Origin: Hyphochytrium catenoides
Lineage: Eukaryota > Protista > Hyphochytriomycota
Direction of reading: 5' to 3'
DNA length: 64,000 bases
NCBI GenBank assembly: GCA_900088475.1
Contig: FLMG01004723.1
Coordinates: 53,969-117,968, forward strand
Part shown: positions 50,429 to 62,707 of the stretch, in pieces
Numbering within the stretch: the first letter of the stretch is position 1
Layout: each line of letters starts with the position of its first letter
The notes under the pieces: model-generated
Told to the model about the DNA's origin: nothing
The model's database searches: none
Seen by the model: the letters and a program-made list of their open reading frames with translations, nothing else
Made by a program: the position numbers and the translations under genes

Positions 50429-53400
50429 ATGGAGGAGGAGATCAAGGCTAAAGTAAAGAGTGAGCAGCTAGGTGTGGATGTCAGTCAGCCCCTTCCTGAG
50501 CCAGAGCTTGAAGAGCAACATCCCGATGAGGTGCCACATGATTCCATTGAAAGCGCCGCAAAGATGGAGGTGAGTTAACCTTACGCTTTGCCGCTGTCAT
50601 ATCTCTACTCTACCCTAAGTGAACCACCTTGACAATGATGAACAGGACACCACAGCATTGAAAACGACGCCTGAGGTCCTATCTTCGCCCTCTCCTGTCT
50701 CGCACATAGAAAGCTCTTTGAAGCTTCGTTTATCTCAGACCGAATCTTCAAAAGCCCTACTGAAGACTCGTTACTGCCTTCTGCTGGGAACACGCTTTCA
50801 GTGGTTCAAGAATGCCTCCGACGCAGCACATTCTCAGAAGATTCAAGGGGAGGTCCGGGTGATAGGTGTCGAGCCATGGGACGGAAAAGGGCTGTTTGGA
50901 CATTATCAAAATGGCTTTCTCATCCGGGGGTCGTCGGTGAAGGTTAGTCTGCCGCCTTGTCAGCTCGTTATGGCGCGTTAGTTAGGCAGCTCTTTGGTTA
51001 AGAGCGTGGTGGCTAAAAAGGCACTGCCTGTGATGTACACAGCATATGCATTATATTCACTGCTCAGCTCCTACTCCTGAAAGTAAGGAGTCATGGATGG
51101 CGGCAGTACAAGCAGCTATTCAGGAAGAGCAAGCACGCTCACTTAAGTCAGGGTCAGGCTTGCACTCCGGCAGAGATTGGGCCGAGGTCGAAGCCCAGAG
51201 TGAGTTGCAAAAGCGAAAGACGATGAAGGTACTCATTTCTCTTACTCGGCCCTATATGCTACTACTCTTTGCCCTATTGCGTGGAACTTGAGATAATGAT
51301 TGCGCTTGTTCTTTCTGGTTCTAGGTTGGAGGAGCCACGACAGCTGCTACGGTAGCTGGCGCATTTGTTGGCTCTTTAATCTTGCCTGGAGTGGGAACCG
51401 CCGCCGGAGCGATGATAGCTGGGTATTGGACCAACAAAAAGACCAAGGCAAAGCGAGACCGCCAGAGTAGAGGTGAGCTAGACGTTGCAGAGCTTACGTG
51501 ATGTTGTGCCAGCAAGGAGACTAAAGCTGCTGTTCTGTTAGCTGCTGCTGTGAGAGAGGAGGACTACAGGCATCTTGCGGACCTGGACACTCAGTGCTTC
51601 AAGTGTCACGTCAACTTTAGGGTAAGGTTATTGACGCACTGCTTGTTAGATCGTGGTGATGGAGGTCCTAAAGCCCAATCCATGCAGGTCCTGAAGTCCC
51701 GCGAATACTGCGTGAGCTGCTGTTTGCCGTTCTGTCAGCCTCATTGCTCCAAAAAGATGGCCCTGCCGCAGCTAGATGAGTTCCAGCCGGTGCCCGTGTG
51801 TGACCTCTGTGCTCAGAGACAGGACTTTCTGAGCTTCATCTTCGTAATCACGAACTTCGTACGCAAGATGGACAGCTATGACGGAGATGTCGAGCGCATC
51901 GTGGCTGCCGGTGAGTTGATCAAGCGAGCTCTTTCGCCATTCATCTTGACTCGGTCTCAATAAAATGCATCAAAATCTCAATGTACTAGACGTCAAGTCT
52001 CCGCTGATAACTATTCAAAGAGACGAGCTAAGAAGAGTCTTTGAAAACGAGAGCTTTGACGTTTTGAAGTGTCTCTCCATGCTTCATCAGTTCACCGAGG
52101 AGCCAGAGGCCTTTGCGATCACTATTGCCCAGATGGCTAGGTAAGCACTCTCAAATATGGACTTCAGTGTCTCTTAAGGCCATTCATCCTCCCCTCAACA
52201 AGCTGCATTCTTCTTGAGAACGGAGCTTCTATCCGAAGACGATGAGGTCTCACTTCGCTCCCTCTTCTCTTTCTTCTTCTTCGTCCCTATGATAGGTTTA
52301 TCGAGTGCCGTCCCGGAAACGTGGAATTCTATTGGAGTCAAATGATAGGATTAGTCCGTACTCTGATGCAGACCTACGGGAAAGACTTCAGCAAGATTCA
52401 GGTCGTTGTTACTCTTACTTTCTTCATCAGAGCAGCTTCTCACCCTCCTTTACTTGAACAGTTGGTCCTCTATGCCTACATCATGCGAGCCATCGTCTGG
52501 AGGAACGTCCATCTGAGGCTGAAAGCTCTCTGGGAGTTTCTTGCGATCTATGATGACGCCATTCAGAGCGACGACATTCTCCTAGCCCATATGGCGCTCT
52601 TTATGGTGCTGACCATGGTGCCCATAAAGGAGTTCAAGAAGATCAGCGTTGTTTCTGCTCTGTGGTTGAGAGATGTGCCAGACCACCAGATGGAGCATAT
52701 GGCAGGTGTTTTTGCAGATATGGAGGTGGTCCTACGCTCATTTGAGGCCCGCATGCCTTCCATTCTGTTCTGGAATTGGCTCTACGCCAACACTAAGGAG
52801 GTACGCACTCAAATGCCAGTCCTCTTTCTCACTAGACCCTAAACCGATGCTTCTCGACCGCGGTGTAGACTATACAGAGCTGTCGAAGTGAGATGTTGGA
52901 GCTTGAAGGGAATAAGAAGCTCATATCGGCTTTGACAATCTTTCCAGACCATAAGGAGGGTGTTCTCCAAAGAGGCTCCACCTCGACCGCAGGGTACGAA
53001 GATCTTACATGCTGCTTTATATAACGCAGCATAGATTGTCATCGCTAATCCTAACTTACGTTCCAGCGAGGGCACGACAGCGCGGCTGAATTATAAACTA
53101 GGAGCCCTGGCTCAAAGAGGAATGCCTGCGGCGCACGAAGCGGCAGCATCTACCACTGAGGAAGAACAGGAGGTATACCTCGATCTTCAATTCGAAGGTG
53201 AATGAAGCCAGAATGCTGTTGCTGTCGTCCTCTGTCGTTTGGATGTGGTACTAACGTCTGGCTGGAACTGCTTTCCCCTTTCGCGTCAGGAATGGCGCAC
53301 TTCGTGAAGCTTCTAACGGATATCCCAGAAAAGCTTCGCCACTTGGACAGGAAGAGGCGCAGAGATACGTTGCCTGTTGAGCTAGATGAGCTGCAGGCAC

Positions 53401-55376
53401 ATCTCGATGGAACGCTTTATCTGCCAATCTGCCGTGGAGGGGACCCAGTGAAGAAGGTAGCCCCTTTGTACTTTGAATAGGTCTTTTAAGGAAGAAGAGA
53501 GAAGTAGGCGCATGCATTGAAAGTGTTCTCTGACTTTTGCCACCTCACGGGTAGATCCTATGCGTGATCAAGAGTGAAAGTAGAGTCTTCTCCACCAAGA
53601 GCCGTGCGCCAACTCTGATCGCGTTCGAGGTCCAATGCCTTGACGTTCCAGTTTGCAGGACCTTGTACACCCAGCCCACACAGGAGGAAGCCCTGACATC
53701 TCCTGTTGCGGTGAGCCCATGTCACGCTTAATTCTTCTGCTGCCCTCTAGTATCAGTTGACACATCTTTTCTTTTTTCCTGGTCTCGTTGATCTGTCTCT
53801 AGGCTGATAGACCTAGTTCTTTGACCGAAGGGACGGCAGAAGGTGTGGAAGACCCATGTGAGTGGTCGCTTGATCGACGCCTAACTCTAAGGAAGTCATC
53901 TTTGAATAGCTAACAACGTTTGGTCTAATTAGTTCACTCGGACTTACTATTGAGCACAATGAGCGAGAGTACTAGTGGTGAAGAGCAAGAGGAGTCCTTA
54001 GATCTTGAGGAGTTTGAGGACCCGACGACGGAGTCTGGCAAGGCTCACGCGCTAAAGGGCCTTGAAGCTGATGAGCGGTAAGACTCGAGATCTTATTACT
54101 TTGGTCAGGGCCGGTTCTAGATATTTATAATTCGTCGTCAGTCTCCGCCGTAGGTCATCCTCTATGAGGGCTGAGGAGGAGGAGGAGCAAGTATACCCCG
54201 AAGGTTCTTGGGAAGAGAAGGTAAACACTGTGATTCGAGCCTCATCTGAGCCTCATTCTTGACCTTCCACGCGCTCCCGCACTGCGTCTTCTGTTTCGTA
54301 CCATAGGTCGATAAATGCAGAGCCCAGTCGTCCTATAGTCAACTTCCAGGTTGGGGCGTGCAGACAGTGATTTCCAAGAGCTTTGATGATATGCGGCAGG
54401 AAGCCTTCGTTCTCCAGATGCTTGAGCTCCTGCATGCGATCTTCTTGAAGAGTCGATCAAACCTATGGTTGAGACCCTACAAGTACGTCCTCTAGCACTA
54501 GATTGTGTAGACCACTGCCATAGTGAGTGCAGAGCCTAACAGCGTGGCTACTGATTCTAGAATTGTATGCACGGGCCCAGGGACTGGATTCATTGAGACC
54601 CTCCTGGACGCAGAATCTTTGGACTCACTGAAGCATCATGAGAAGTGCTTGACTCTGAAGGCATTGTTCGAGAAGCGCTATGGACCTGAAGGCTCAGCTT
54701 CCTTTGAGAGGGCGAGAGAGAACTTCATTAGCAGCATGGCCGGCTACAGCGTAGTCTGCTATCTTCTCCAGATGAAGGACAGGCACAACGGAAACATTAT
54801 GCTCGACAAAGAGGGTCACATTATACACATTGACTTTGGCTTCGTTCTGGGCATGGCACCAGGTAACAGAGAGTCCACTTGTCTTCCCAAGAGTGTCTCT
54901 AACCTGAGATTTTTCACCACGGTAGGTGGCCAAGTCAGCGTGGAGACCGCGCCTTTCAAGCTCACCGTAGAGATGGTGGAGCTGATGGGTGGCCTTAACT
55001 CACAGGGCTACCAATCCTTCAAAACACTCTTCGTAAAGGGCTTCCTTGCAGCCAGGGGTTACGTTGGCAAGCTGCTAGCTCTCGTGGCGTTGACTTCTTT
55101 GGAGAACTCCCCGTATCCTTGCTTTCGCGCATCGTCGCCCTCTAAAGTGCTGAAAAAGCTTCGATCTCGCTTTCGGCTGAAACTTTCTGGAGAAGCTCTC
55201 TTACAAGCGGTCGCCAAGCTAGCGGACAAGAGCTACGATCACTGGGGCACTCGACAGTAAGTGGCTGACAATGGTGCTATCACAGATGCACCCGCTAAAC
55301 CATGGGCTGTTTGTGTGCTTGTTCTCTCCGTAGGTATGACAGCTTCCAGCAGCGCTCGAACAACATATTGCCTTAG
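50429..55376 (+). CDS. Phosphatidylinositol 4-kinase with N-terminal PH and atypical FYVE domains
   Basis: PH (KTRYCLLLGTRFQWFKN...SAPTPESKESWMAAVQ), FYVE-like Cys array, kinase motifs KSFDDMRQE, FISSMAGYSVVCYLLQMKDRHNGNIMLD...HIDFGF, C-terminal YDSFQQRSNNILP*; many short introns. Confidence 0.93.
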
Positions 55377-56094
55377 GTAACAGTGTCTTAAGGCTTCCAT
55401 CGGGTTTCTTAGCTCCCTCCAAGAGCTCTATCAGAAGCACCACGCAGTCAGCCGTCCAGCCGAGTAGAAGAATAAGAATATGCAGATTTATGAAGTTTAT
55501 ACCGAGTCTACAAGCGCCTTGCTGTTAGCGCTTTAACTAGTCCTCAGCCAAGTTGCCCCTCCTCCACATACTTGAGTTGCATCACTCTTAGGGAAGAAAG
55601 AACTCTTGCATCTGCCCTACAGCCGTAGCTCTTGCTTATTGAACTACCGCGTGACGAACCGACCTCCCGCTTGACGAGCTGAGCTTGGGAATAGACTGCG
55701 ATGTTATCATGAGTCCCGACCATCTAAAGGCATGCGCAGTTTCATCTTGAGGGGCAAGTTTCCATATTTATGAGAATATCGTGTTGCTTAAGCGACGTTC
55801 TTCTTACTCCACGGGCCTGTCATATCAAGTCTATCGTCCAGTTATAGAGTGTGAGCACACCAAGCAGGCCATGATGTTAATATGGTCGTACGCTGGCACG
55901 CCTTTCATAGCACGGAAGTCTTATGAAAACAAAGAATCTGAGCTGTAGGCCCTTCACACAGTACGTGGAGGCCGCCTGGTGGTTAATTTCCCTTCCTAGA
56001 ATATATCAAAGAATTTCTGCAGCAGCATGTATCAATCATCATCATCGGGGTCAGATTGCGACTCTCTTCATCATCCATTGGTGCCAGCAATGTC

Positions 56095-56646
56095 AAAGGG
56101 ATGAGCAATTGCTGCTGCGGTTACGGCGCGCTAATCTGTACTCTCCACGTCAGAGTTCTCTGACGACGGGGTTAATGTGTCTTTTCCCAGGCATCCTCAG
56201 CGGCTATCACTAGCGTCAACCCGCTGACTCTCTAACCTTCGTATAGAAACGCCCCTGATCCTTCTGATGTTGTAGGATGCTGATGGCTTGACTAGTCGAA
56301 TTCGTCGTACTTTTCTTTCCGCGGGGGAGGCAAGTGCTTGAGTATCGAAGCATGCAACCTTTCCATCTTTTCATTGACGCGTCGGAAATGTTTCCATCAA
56401 AGCCCAAGGGTCATGTCCGTTATTGAGTGGATGGTCCACACTCGACACTCTTGATTGACACTCGCTTTTGCATGTTTATCTATAGCAGTAGGGCTAGCTC
56501 TTGCACGTTCTGCAGAACAAAGGGATGAGCAATTGCCGCGGCCCCACTAATCTCTAATCTCACTTCATATTTCCAGACGATCTGTACTCAGCAGACGACT
56601 TTAGTGTGCTCCTTTCCTAGGCTTTGTCTGTGCCAACCATCAGTGT
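56095..56646. repeat. Diverged direct duplication (~120 bp copies ~425 bp apart)
   Basis: AAAGGGATGAGCAATTGC...CTAATCT...GACGAC...GTGT...TTTCCYAGGC at ~56095 and ~56519. Confidence 0.55.
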
Positions 56647-58038
56647 AAGGAGAGGGAGAACGGTGCCAGGAAGTTATTTCGCCAGGCTCCAAACGCTACA
56701 ATCTAGCTCTTCTAACTGCGGGACCTCATTCCTTCAAAGTTCTCTATGGGGCTAAGGTGACCAAGGTCTCTCTTGTTAGGCTGCTGGCCGACAACCACTG
56801 CACATCCCGATCAGCGCCATGGTATAATAGGAGCAGTCCCCATAGAAACGTAACTGAGGCTATCAGGTCGTGCTGATGGTTAGAATAATAGCCAGCAGCA
56901 GAAAATAAGAATCTCTGCCGCTTTGAATACTCTCTCTTCCTCAGTAGAGCCCCCGGGGTAGCCGGAAGCGGTTGGAGACTTCACCATGAACAAAACGATG
57001 ACAATGCGTCTTCTTCTCTTCTGTTTGTACACGCAAAGCTGGCAGAATTCTTCGACAACAAGCCAGCAGCAGGACCAACCTCGTCGATCAGAGTGGCATT
57101 AGAGGGGCCATTCAAAAGATTCATCTGTTAAGCATCCGCCATAATCACGGAGGAGACTCTTCCCTCTTAGCTGAGGACATTGTTGAATTGCACAGTCAAA
57201 TAAATCAGTATGGCACCCTATAAGAGGACGGATGTGGAAGCTTCAAGGTCATGTGCCCTGAAGCGTCATCAACTCCGCTGCCACAAGATAAAAAAGAGAA
57301 GATGGAGGTAGTTGGGTCATCTCAAGCTAAAAAGAGTCAAGATCACGAAGAGGCGGAGAATGTGCGGTGGTAGCAGCGCGTATTTTCCGTCTTCTCATCT
57401 TGATGAGTCCCTGATATGCATCCAAGGCCTAGCACCAACTCTAACATAGCAATTAGAAGCTGGCATTCGAAGTTGAGAGCAAAAGTGAAGAGGAGCAAGT
57501 CGGCCAAGAGCTCATCCTCCCTAGCTCTGTGAACACTCTCTCGTCGTGATCCGATTCCTCAAGAGGAGAAAATAAGGAGTAGGTGATGAGGAGAAGAGCT
57601 GACTTACAAGCATATTGGCGACGCCGCTCCCTTCTCTGCACCCGCCAGGATGGTAGGCCTTGACCGCATTAGCTAGTAATAAGAAGTCCTCTAGTCATCC
57701 TATGGGAATGACTGCGACGATTAGAAGTACGCTACGTCTTCATCTCAACATTATGAGGTGGTACGCTCGCTTGCTCTTCTTGATGACGGAAGCAAGCGTT
57801 TATATCACTACGACGTCCCGCAAAGCTCTACAGCCGATGCAGCACGTAGTTTAAACTCAGGGAACAAAGTAGCACAATGGTATTAGTTCGTAAAACACGG
57901 TTTCGATGAAGAAGACTCATCTCCTCCTACGACCCTCTTCTTTCCCTTCTATACGTTCTGACTTGGCAGAAGAAACACCTATGACGCCCTCCATTCGGCT
58001 CCGGGCACTGGTTGAACAGCAATCTCGGGTGTGCAAGC

Positions 58039-58310
58039 ATCCTGCCATCCTGCCATCCTGCCTTCTTCCTGCCAACACCTCCCATCCTGCCAACACCTGC
58101 CATCCTGCCAACACCTGCCATCCTGCCTTCTTCCTGCCAACACCTGCCATCCTGCCATCCTGCCTTCCTGCCAACACCTGCCTTCCTGCCAACACCTGCC
58201 TTCCTGCCAACGCCTGCCATCCTGCCATCCTGCCAACACCTGCCATCCTGCCAACACCTGCCATCCTGCCATCCTGCCTTCCTGCCAACGCCTGCCATCC
58301 TGCCATCCTG
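58039..58310. repeat. Compound minisatellite: ~30 CCTGCC cores with variable AT/TT/AACA/AACG/TTCTT spacers
   Basis: Direct parsing of the array. Confidence 0.95.
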
Positions 58311-60615
58311 TAAGTCCAGCTGTGCCGCTTCTCAGCTTGGCGGCCCTGCTGACTGCTGACGATTCTGCGTCGGATGATGAGAAGACACTGAAGACGCCAA
58401 TGTCACACAGCCCCAGCAAGTACAAGTACAGGTTTTGTAGAGGAGGAACTCTCGGTAGATAAGTTCTGTAACCTCCTTGTAACCTTTCTGCCTCCAGGGA
58501 CTTGTCAGCGACGAGCTACTGTACTTATAAGTAGAGGTTGCTTACACTTTCTTGCTTGCAAGGAAAAGTTGTAGATTACCACTAAAAACCCACCAGCTGT
58601 AGAAAGGAGAAATTTCACAGGAACAAAAGTGGGGGTTTTATTGTCAAGCCTAAATGCTTTTATAATAAAAAAAGGGAAAGCAGTGCTAAAACTGGAGCTA
58701 GGTGAGCACCGCCGCGACCAAGGACCGAAGGATGGGGTTGGAGGCTGGGTTAGTGAATCTATACATCTCAGCTTTTAGACACTCCCATTCCTCACCCTCG
58801 GTAGTGGCTCCACCTACTATCCGCTTCATCCTTCATCCACTCACCTACGACATCAGAGCTTCAGTTACTACTAGTCCAGTCTGTATCTTTCACTCTGATT
58901 TTGCTATTTCCCATTTCGAGATCGTAATAACAGCTCTCATACTATAATGAAAATGACGAATCTGAACATAATTCAAACATCTGATACGTTGGGTGGGAGA
59001 CAGGGTACAGACAGCAAGTGGTGTTTTATACATCGGAGGGCGGATGGGTCTTTTGAGAGCTCGAAGCACTTGATAGAGATCAAGCGAAACCCTGCCGTTA
59101 TGATTTTATCCCTATCCAAATAAGCAAAACACGGAGTGCAATTACATATTCCTTGTAATACTCAAGGTAATAGTGGCCCTGTACTCCGCTATTCAGCCAC
59201 TGTGCAAGTATACAAAATGCAAGTATAACGAGAAATCACAGCTTCCAGTCTTTCATTGGTTCGACGGCGCTGATAACTCAATTTCTGGAGCTGCTCCATT
59301 TGAATCGAATCTCCGTGAAGAATCACCCGCAGACGCCAGTCTTCGATCCTGCAGATCAGCAGACCCCGATCATCAGTCAACCACGGAGGAGGAAAGAGAT
59401 CTCGCTCTCTCTCTCTCTCTCTTTGTCTGTCTCTCTCTCTCTCTCTCTCTCTCCCTCTGAGTGCTTGCCCTTTCAAATTTTTGAAAAACCTTTTTCTCAT
59501 TTTGCACTTCTTTTCTCTACTCTGTGAGAAGTTAGCGCGGGTGAGCACGTCCACTTTTGAAGCTTGAAGCTTGGCCGGAAAGTGCAGCTTTGTGCAGATA
59601 ACGGAACGCCTTTGAAGCTTGAGAGGAGTTCTAGCATCCAGCAGGTGAGCTCGTAACCCTTGTGAGTGGTATTGATCAACTAATTCCTTTCGCTTGTTTG
59701 CCAGCAGAACAATCAAGAATGGCAACCTTGAAAAGGAAGCGCCAACCCTCGAAGGTCTGGCAGTACTTTACGCGGGGCAAGCTCGCTGAAGATAAGAGCG
59801 TCATTCTTAACGACGACGATGGTCCTGGCGCGACCTGCAACATGTGTGGCGCATTTGTTAAGGGACTTTCCCCGACCAATCTCCTCAACCATCTGGAGGT
59901 AAACAAGGGGATTAGGTTTAGCTGTTGCGCAGGGAGTATGGCAGAGAGCTTAAGCAAGGACTTTATCAGCACCTAGCTGTGGACTAACAGGCGTCTTGAC
60001 TCATCCTCCAAGCGTGCAACCAATAATCGGAAGCTCACCGAAGAAGACCGCAAGCGGCATGGCGAGGCTGCCGCCGCGTGCCGTGAGAGCATCTCCGTGA
60101 AGAAGAGAAAGCTTGAAGAGCTCTATCTCTCTGGGGAGTATCCTGAGAAAAAGACTCCTAAGAAAGAAACCAATGAAGATTCGGGTCGACAGTCAATTCT
60201 TAGAAAGAAGCAACCTGACCGAGCTCTCGGTAGGTTTCTCCATTCCTCTTCCTTTGGCATAGTGGCTTGCCCTTTCTTCATGGACCACCGACGCTAGCCT
60301 TGCTCTCTCTTATCTCTCTCGGGGTCTGTCCGTCAATCGTCTACGTGGGCTCACATCTTCTTCCCACGCAGCTCTGTATGTCCTATTGGGCATGTTCCCG
60401 GTCTCAAGCATTGAACAGAACGACGGTCTTCGCGCTCTCATTGCCCTAAGCATTGAAGGCAAGTATACCTTCCCAACTTCATCCACCATCCGGAAAGAAC
60501 TGGACGATCTGGCGGAGAAGACCTCAGGAGCTATTCAGCAGATCTTGACGGCGCCCAAGACGGTGAGTCCCTACTGATTGGGGCCAAAGTCAGGAGCAAG
60601 GGAGGTTCGCATCGG

Positions 60616-60688
60616 NNNNNNNNNNNNNNNNNNNNNNNNNNNNNNNNNNNNNNNNNNNNNNNNNNNNNNNNNNNNNNNNNNNNNNNNN
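60616..60688. other. Assembly gap (73 N) covering the expected first catalytic Asp of the hAT gene
   Basis: N run immediately before the WVD codons. Confidence 0.95.
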
Positions 60689-62630
60689 TGGGTCGATAAG
60701 TACGGACGCGGCTATTCCTCGATTGTGGCACATTTCTCAAAGAATCGAGAGCCACAGAACTTAGTGGTGACGCTGGTGCCCCATGAGGGCAAGGATGAGG
60801 AAGACATTCTTGAGATTATCCGGGAGACGATCGAGGTACTTGGAGCTTCTTTCTGCTTTTGAAGGATGTCCCTGTCTCGCATCGAGGAGGGATGTTTCCC
60901 TAAACTTTAACTATTACTACTCTCAGTATTGGCGGTGTCCTTCACCCGGAGACCATCTCTTTTCCTCTTTCCGTTCATTCCTCCCCTGGAGCTCCCATTG
61001 CCGCTGCTCTCTCTGACTGCAGTGTGCTCTCACTTGTTGCTTAGCAATGGGATCTAAAGAAGAAGGTCATCGCCGTTATCAGTGACACCGGGAAGATAAC
61101 CTTCAATGACGTACTGGCTCGCTCTCCATCTGTTTTCTGCGACGAAGATGTCGACCCTCTGACCTGGAAAGAGACAATTGGCCTCAACACCGTCTTTGCA
61201 GAGGCGGTGTCTCTGACCTGCTATGCCCAGGAGCTTCAGGATGCCCTGAACGCTGTAACAAAGCAGACCCACGTGGCCTCAACCCTAAAAGAGTTCCGTG
61301 AGCTCGCCACAAAGTTCAAGAAGAGCCCCGCAGCGATTGAGCACGTGCAGGACTCCGATGGTAGGGCCAAAGGGCTTTGTCCCTGCCACTTTAACTCTCT
61401 ATCGGCCCTGGCCTACTTATTTAGAAGAAAGAGAGAAACCCTTGCCGGGCTTCCCATCTTCTTTCTAGTTTGTCTTGAGAGCGTCGCTAATATGTTACTA
61501 CTTGTGGTCCTGTGACGGGTCCTTGCTATCCTCTAACATCCATCGACACTCGCTTCTGACGAGGCCTGTGCGTCGCTCTGGAAGACGTGTCTCTTCGGGT
61601 TCCACATTTGGTCTCTCGATAGCTGGTTCTTCCAATACTTTTCCGTGTGACAATGACTTTACCATCTTCTCTGTCGTCTCCATTTCCTCATCCTCCCGCA
61701 GCTTTCAAGGAGGATGTCCAGCATGTCACACCTGGCGTGCTATTCAAGTGGAACCGCCCATACGACTTCCTTCGCCGCATGGCTGTGCTCAAGGATGCCA
61801 TCCAGAAGGCAGGCAAGGCTGTCGGCATCGAGACTTTGGCGCCTGCCAAGTGGGAGAAGTTGGCAGCGGTAGTGGAGCTACTGCAGCCTATCGCTAGTGG
61901 GATTGCGGCACTGACAGGCTTGGACCCGCTCAACCCCTTCCATACCTCCATCTCATCTGTCATCCCAACCATCTCAAAGGTAGCAAGCGACAGGACGTTC
62001 TTGACTCCTTTTGGCGTTCAAAGCTGTTGCTTTTCTCTCTTCTATTCCGTCCTGACCCTGTGCAGACTCGCCTCTGTCTTCGCAGTCTTTCTTCCCTGGC
62101 TAACATTAGCTTATCAGTAGACTTATGCCTGTCCGCGCTGTCTTCATTATGTAGGTGAAGAAGTCCTACGAGAAGGACCTCAGTAATTATGAGAGCAGCA
62201 CCTACAAGGACCTTTTCAAGTTCATCAGAGAAGACTTGGACAAGAGATTCCAGGCCTTTGAACCTCTCCTGCTCGCTGCCACGCTCCTTGACCCACGCTT
62301 CAGGCACCGCAAGATGTCCAACGAGGACATCGAGAGTGCCAAAGAGGTGCTGAAGCATCTCTATGACTCCTACAAGCTCGCCCCACAGACTGAGGAGACA
62401 CCTGCAGAGAACGCTGCGGGTGGGAAAGGAGAGGGACAAGAGGCTAGTGATTCTGACAGTGATGAAGAACAAGACACCGCGAAGCTGGATCTCGTTCCTC
62501 TCTGGTCTGTCGAGCTTTCGCGCTATCTCTCTAACAAGAGGATCAACAAGGGCAGTGACCCTCTCACCTGGTGGAGAGAGCAGGCTTCAAGCTATCCATC
62601 TCTCGTAGCACTGGCGGAGTGCTTGCTCAC

Positions 62631-62707
62631 NNNNNNNNNNNNNNNNNNNNNNNNNNNNNNNNNNNNNNNNNNNNNNNNNNNNNNNNNNNNNNNNNNNNNN
62701 NNNNNNN
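62631..62707. other. Assembly gap (77 N) covering the expected catalytic Glu (SERxFS) of the hAT gene
   Basis: N run immediately after LAECLL. Confidence 0.95.

Noticed and set aside
57415-57490. TNSNIAIRSWHSKL resembling the MULE TNNxxESWH motif
   Set aside because: Single weak motif in a stop-riddled frame; insufficient support.
57906-58462. Six overlapping repetitive ORFs, or a CRISPR-like array
   Set aside because: The ORFs arise because the minisatellite lacks stops; 6-bp cores with 2-5-bp re-used spacers are not CRISPR and no cas genes are present.
58583-58640. Small imperfect hairpin and possible hAT terminal repeats in the flanks
   Set aside because: Stem short and imperfect; no matching inverted end found downstream of the transposase.
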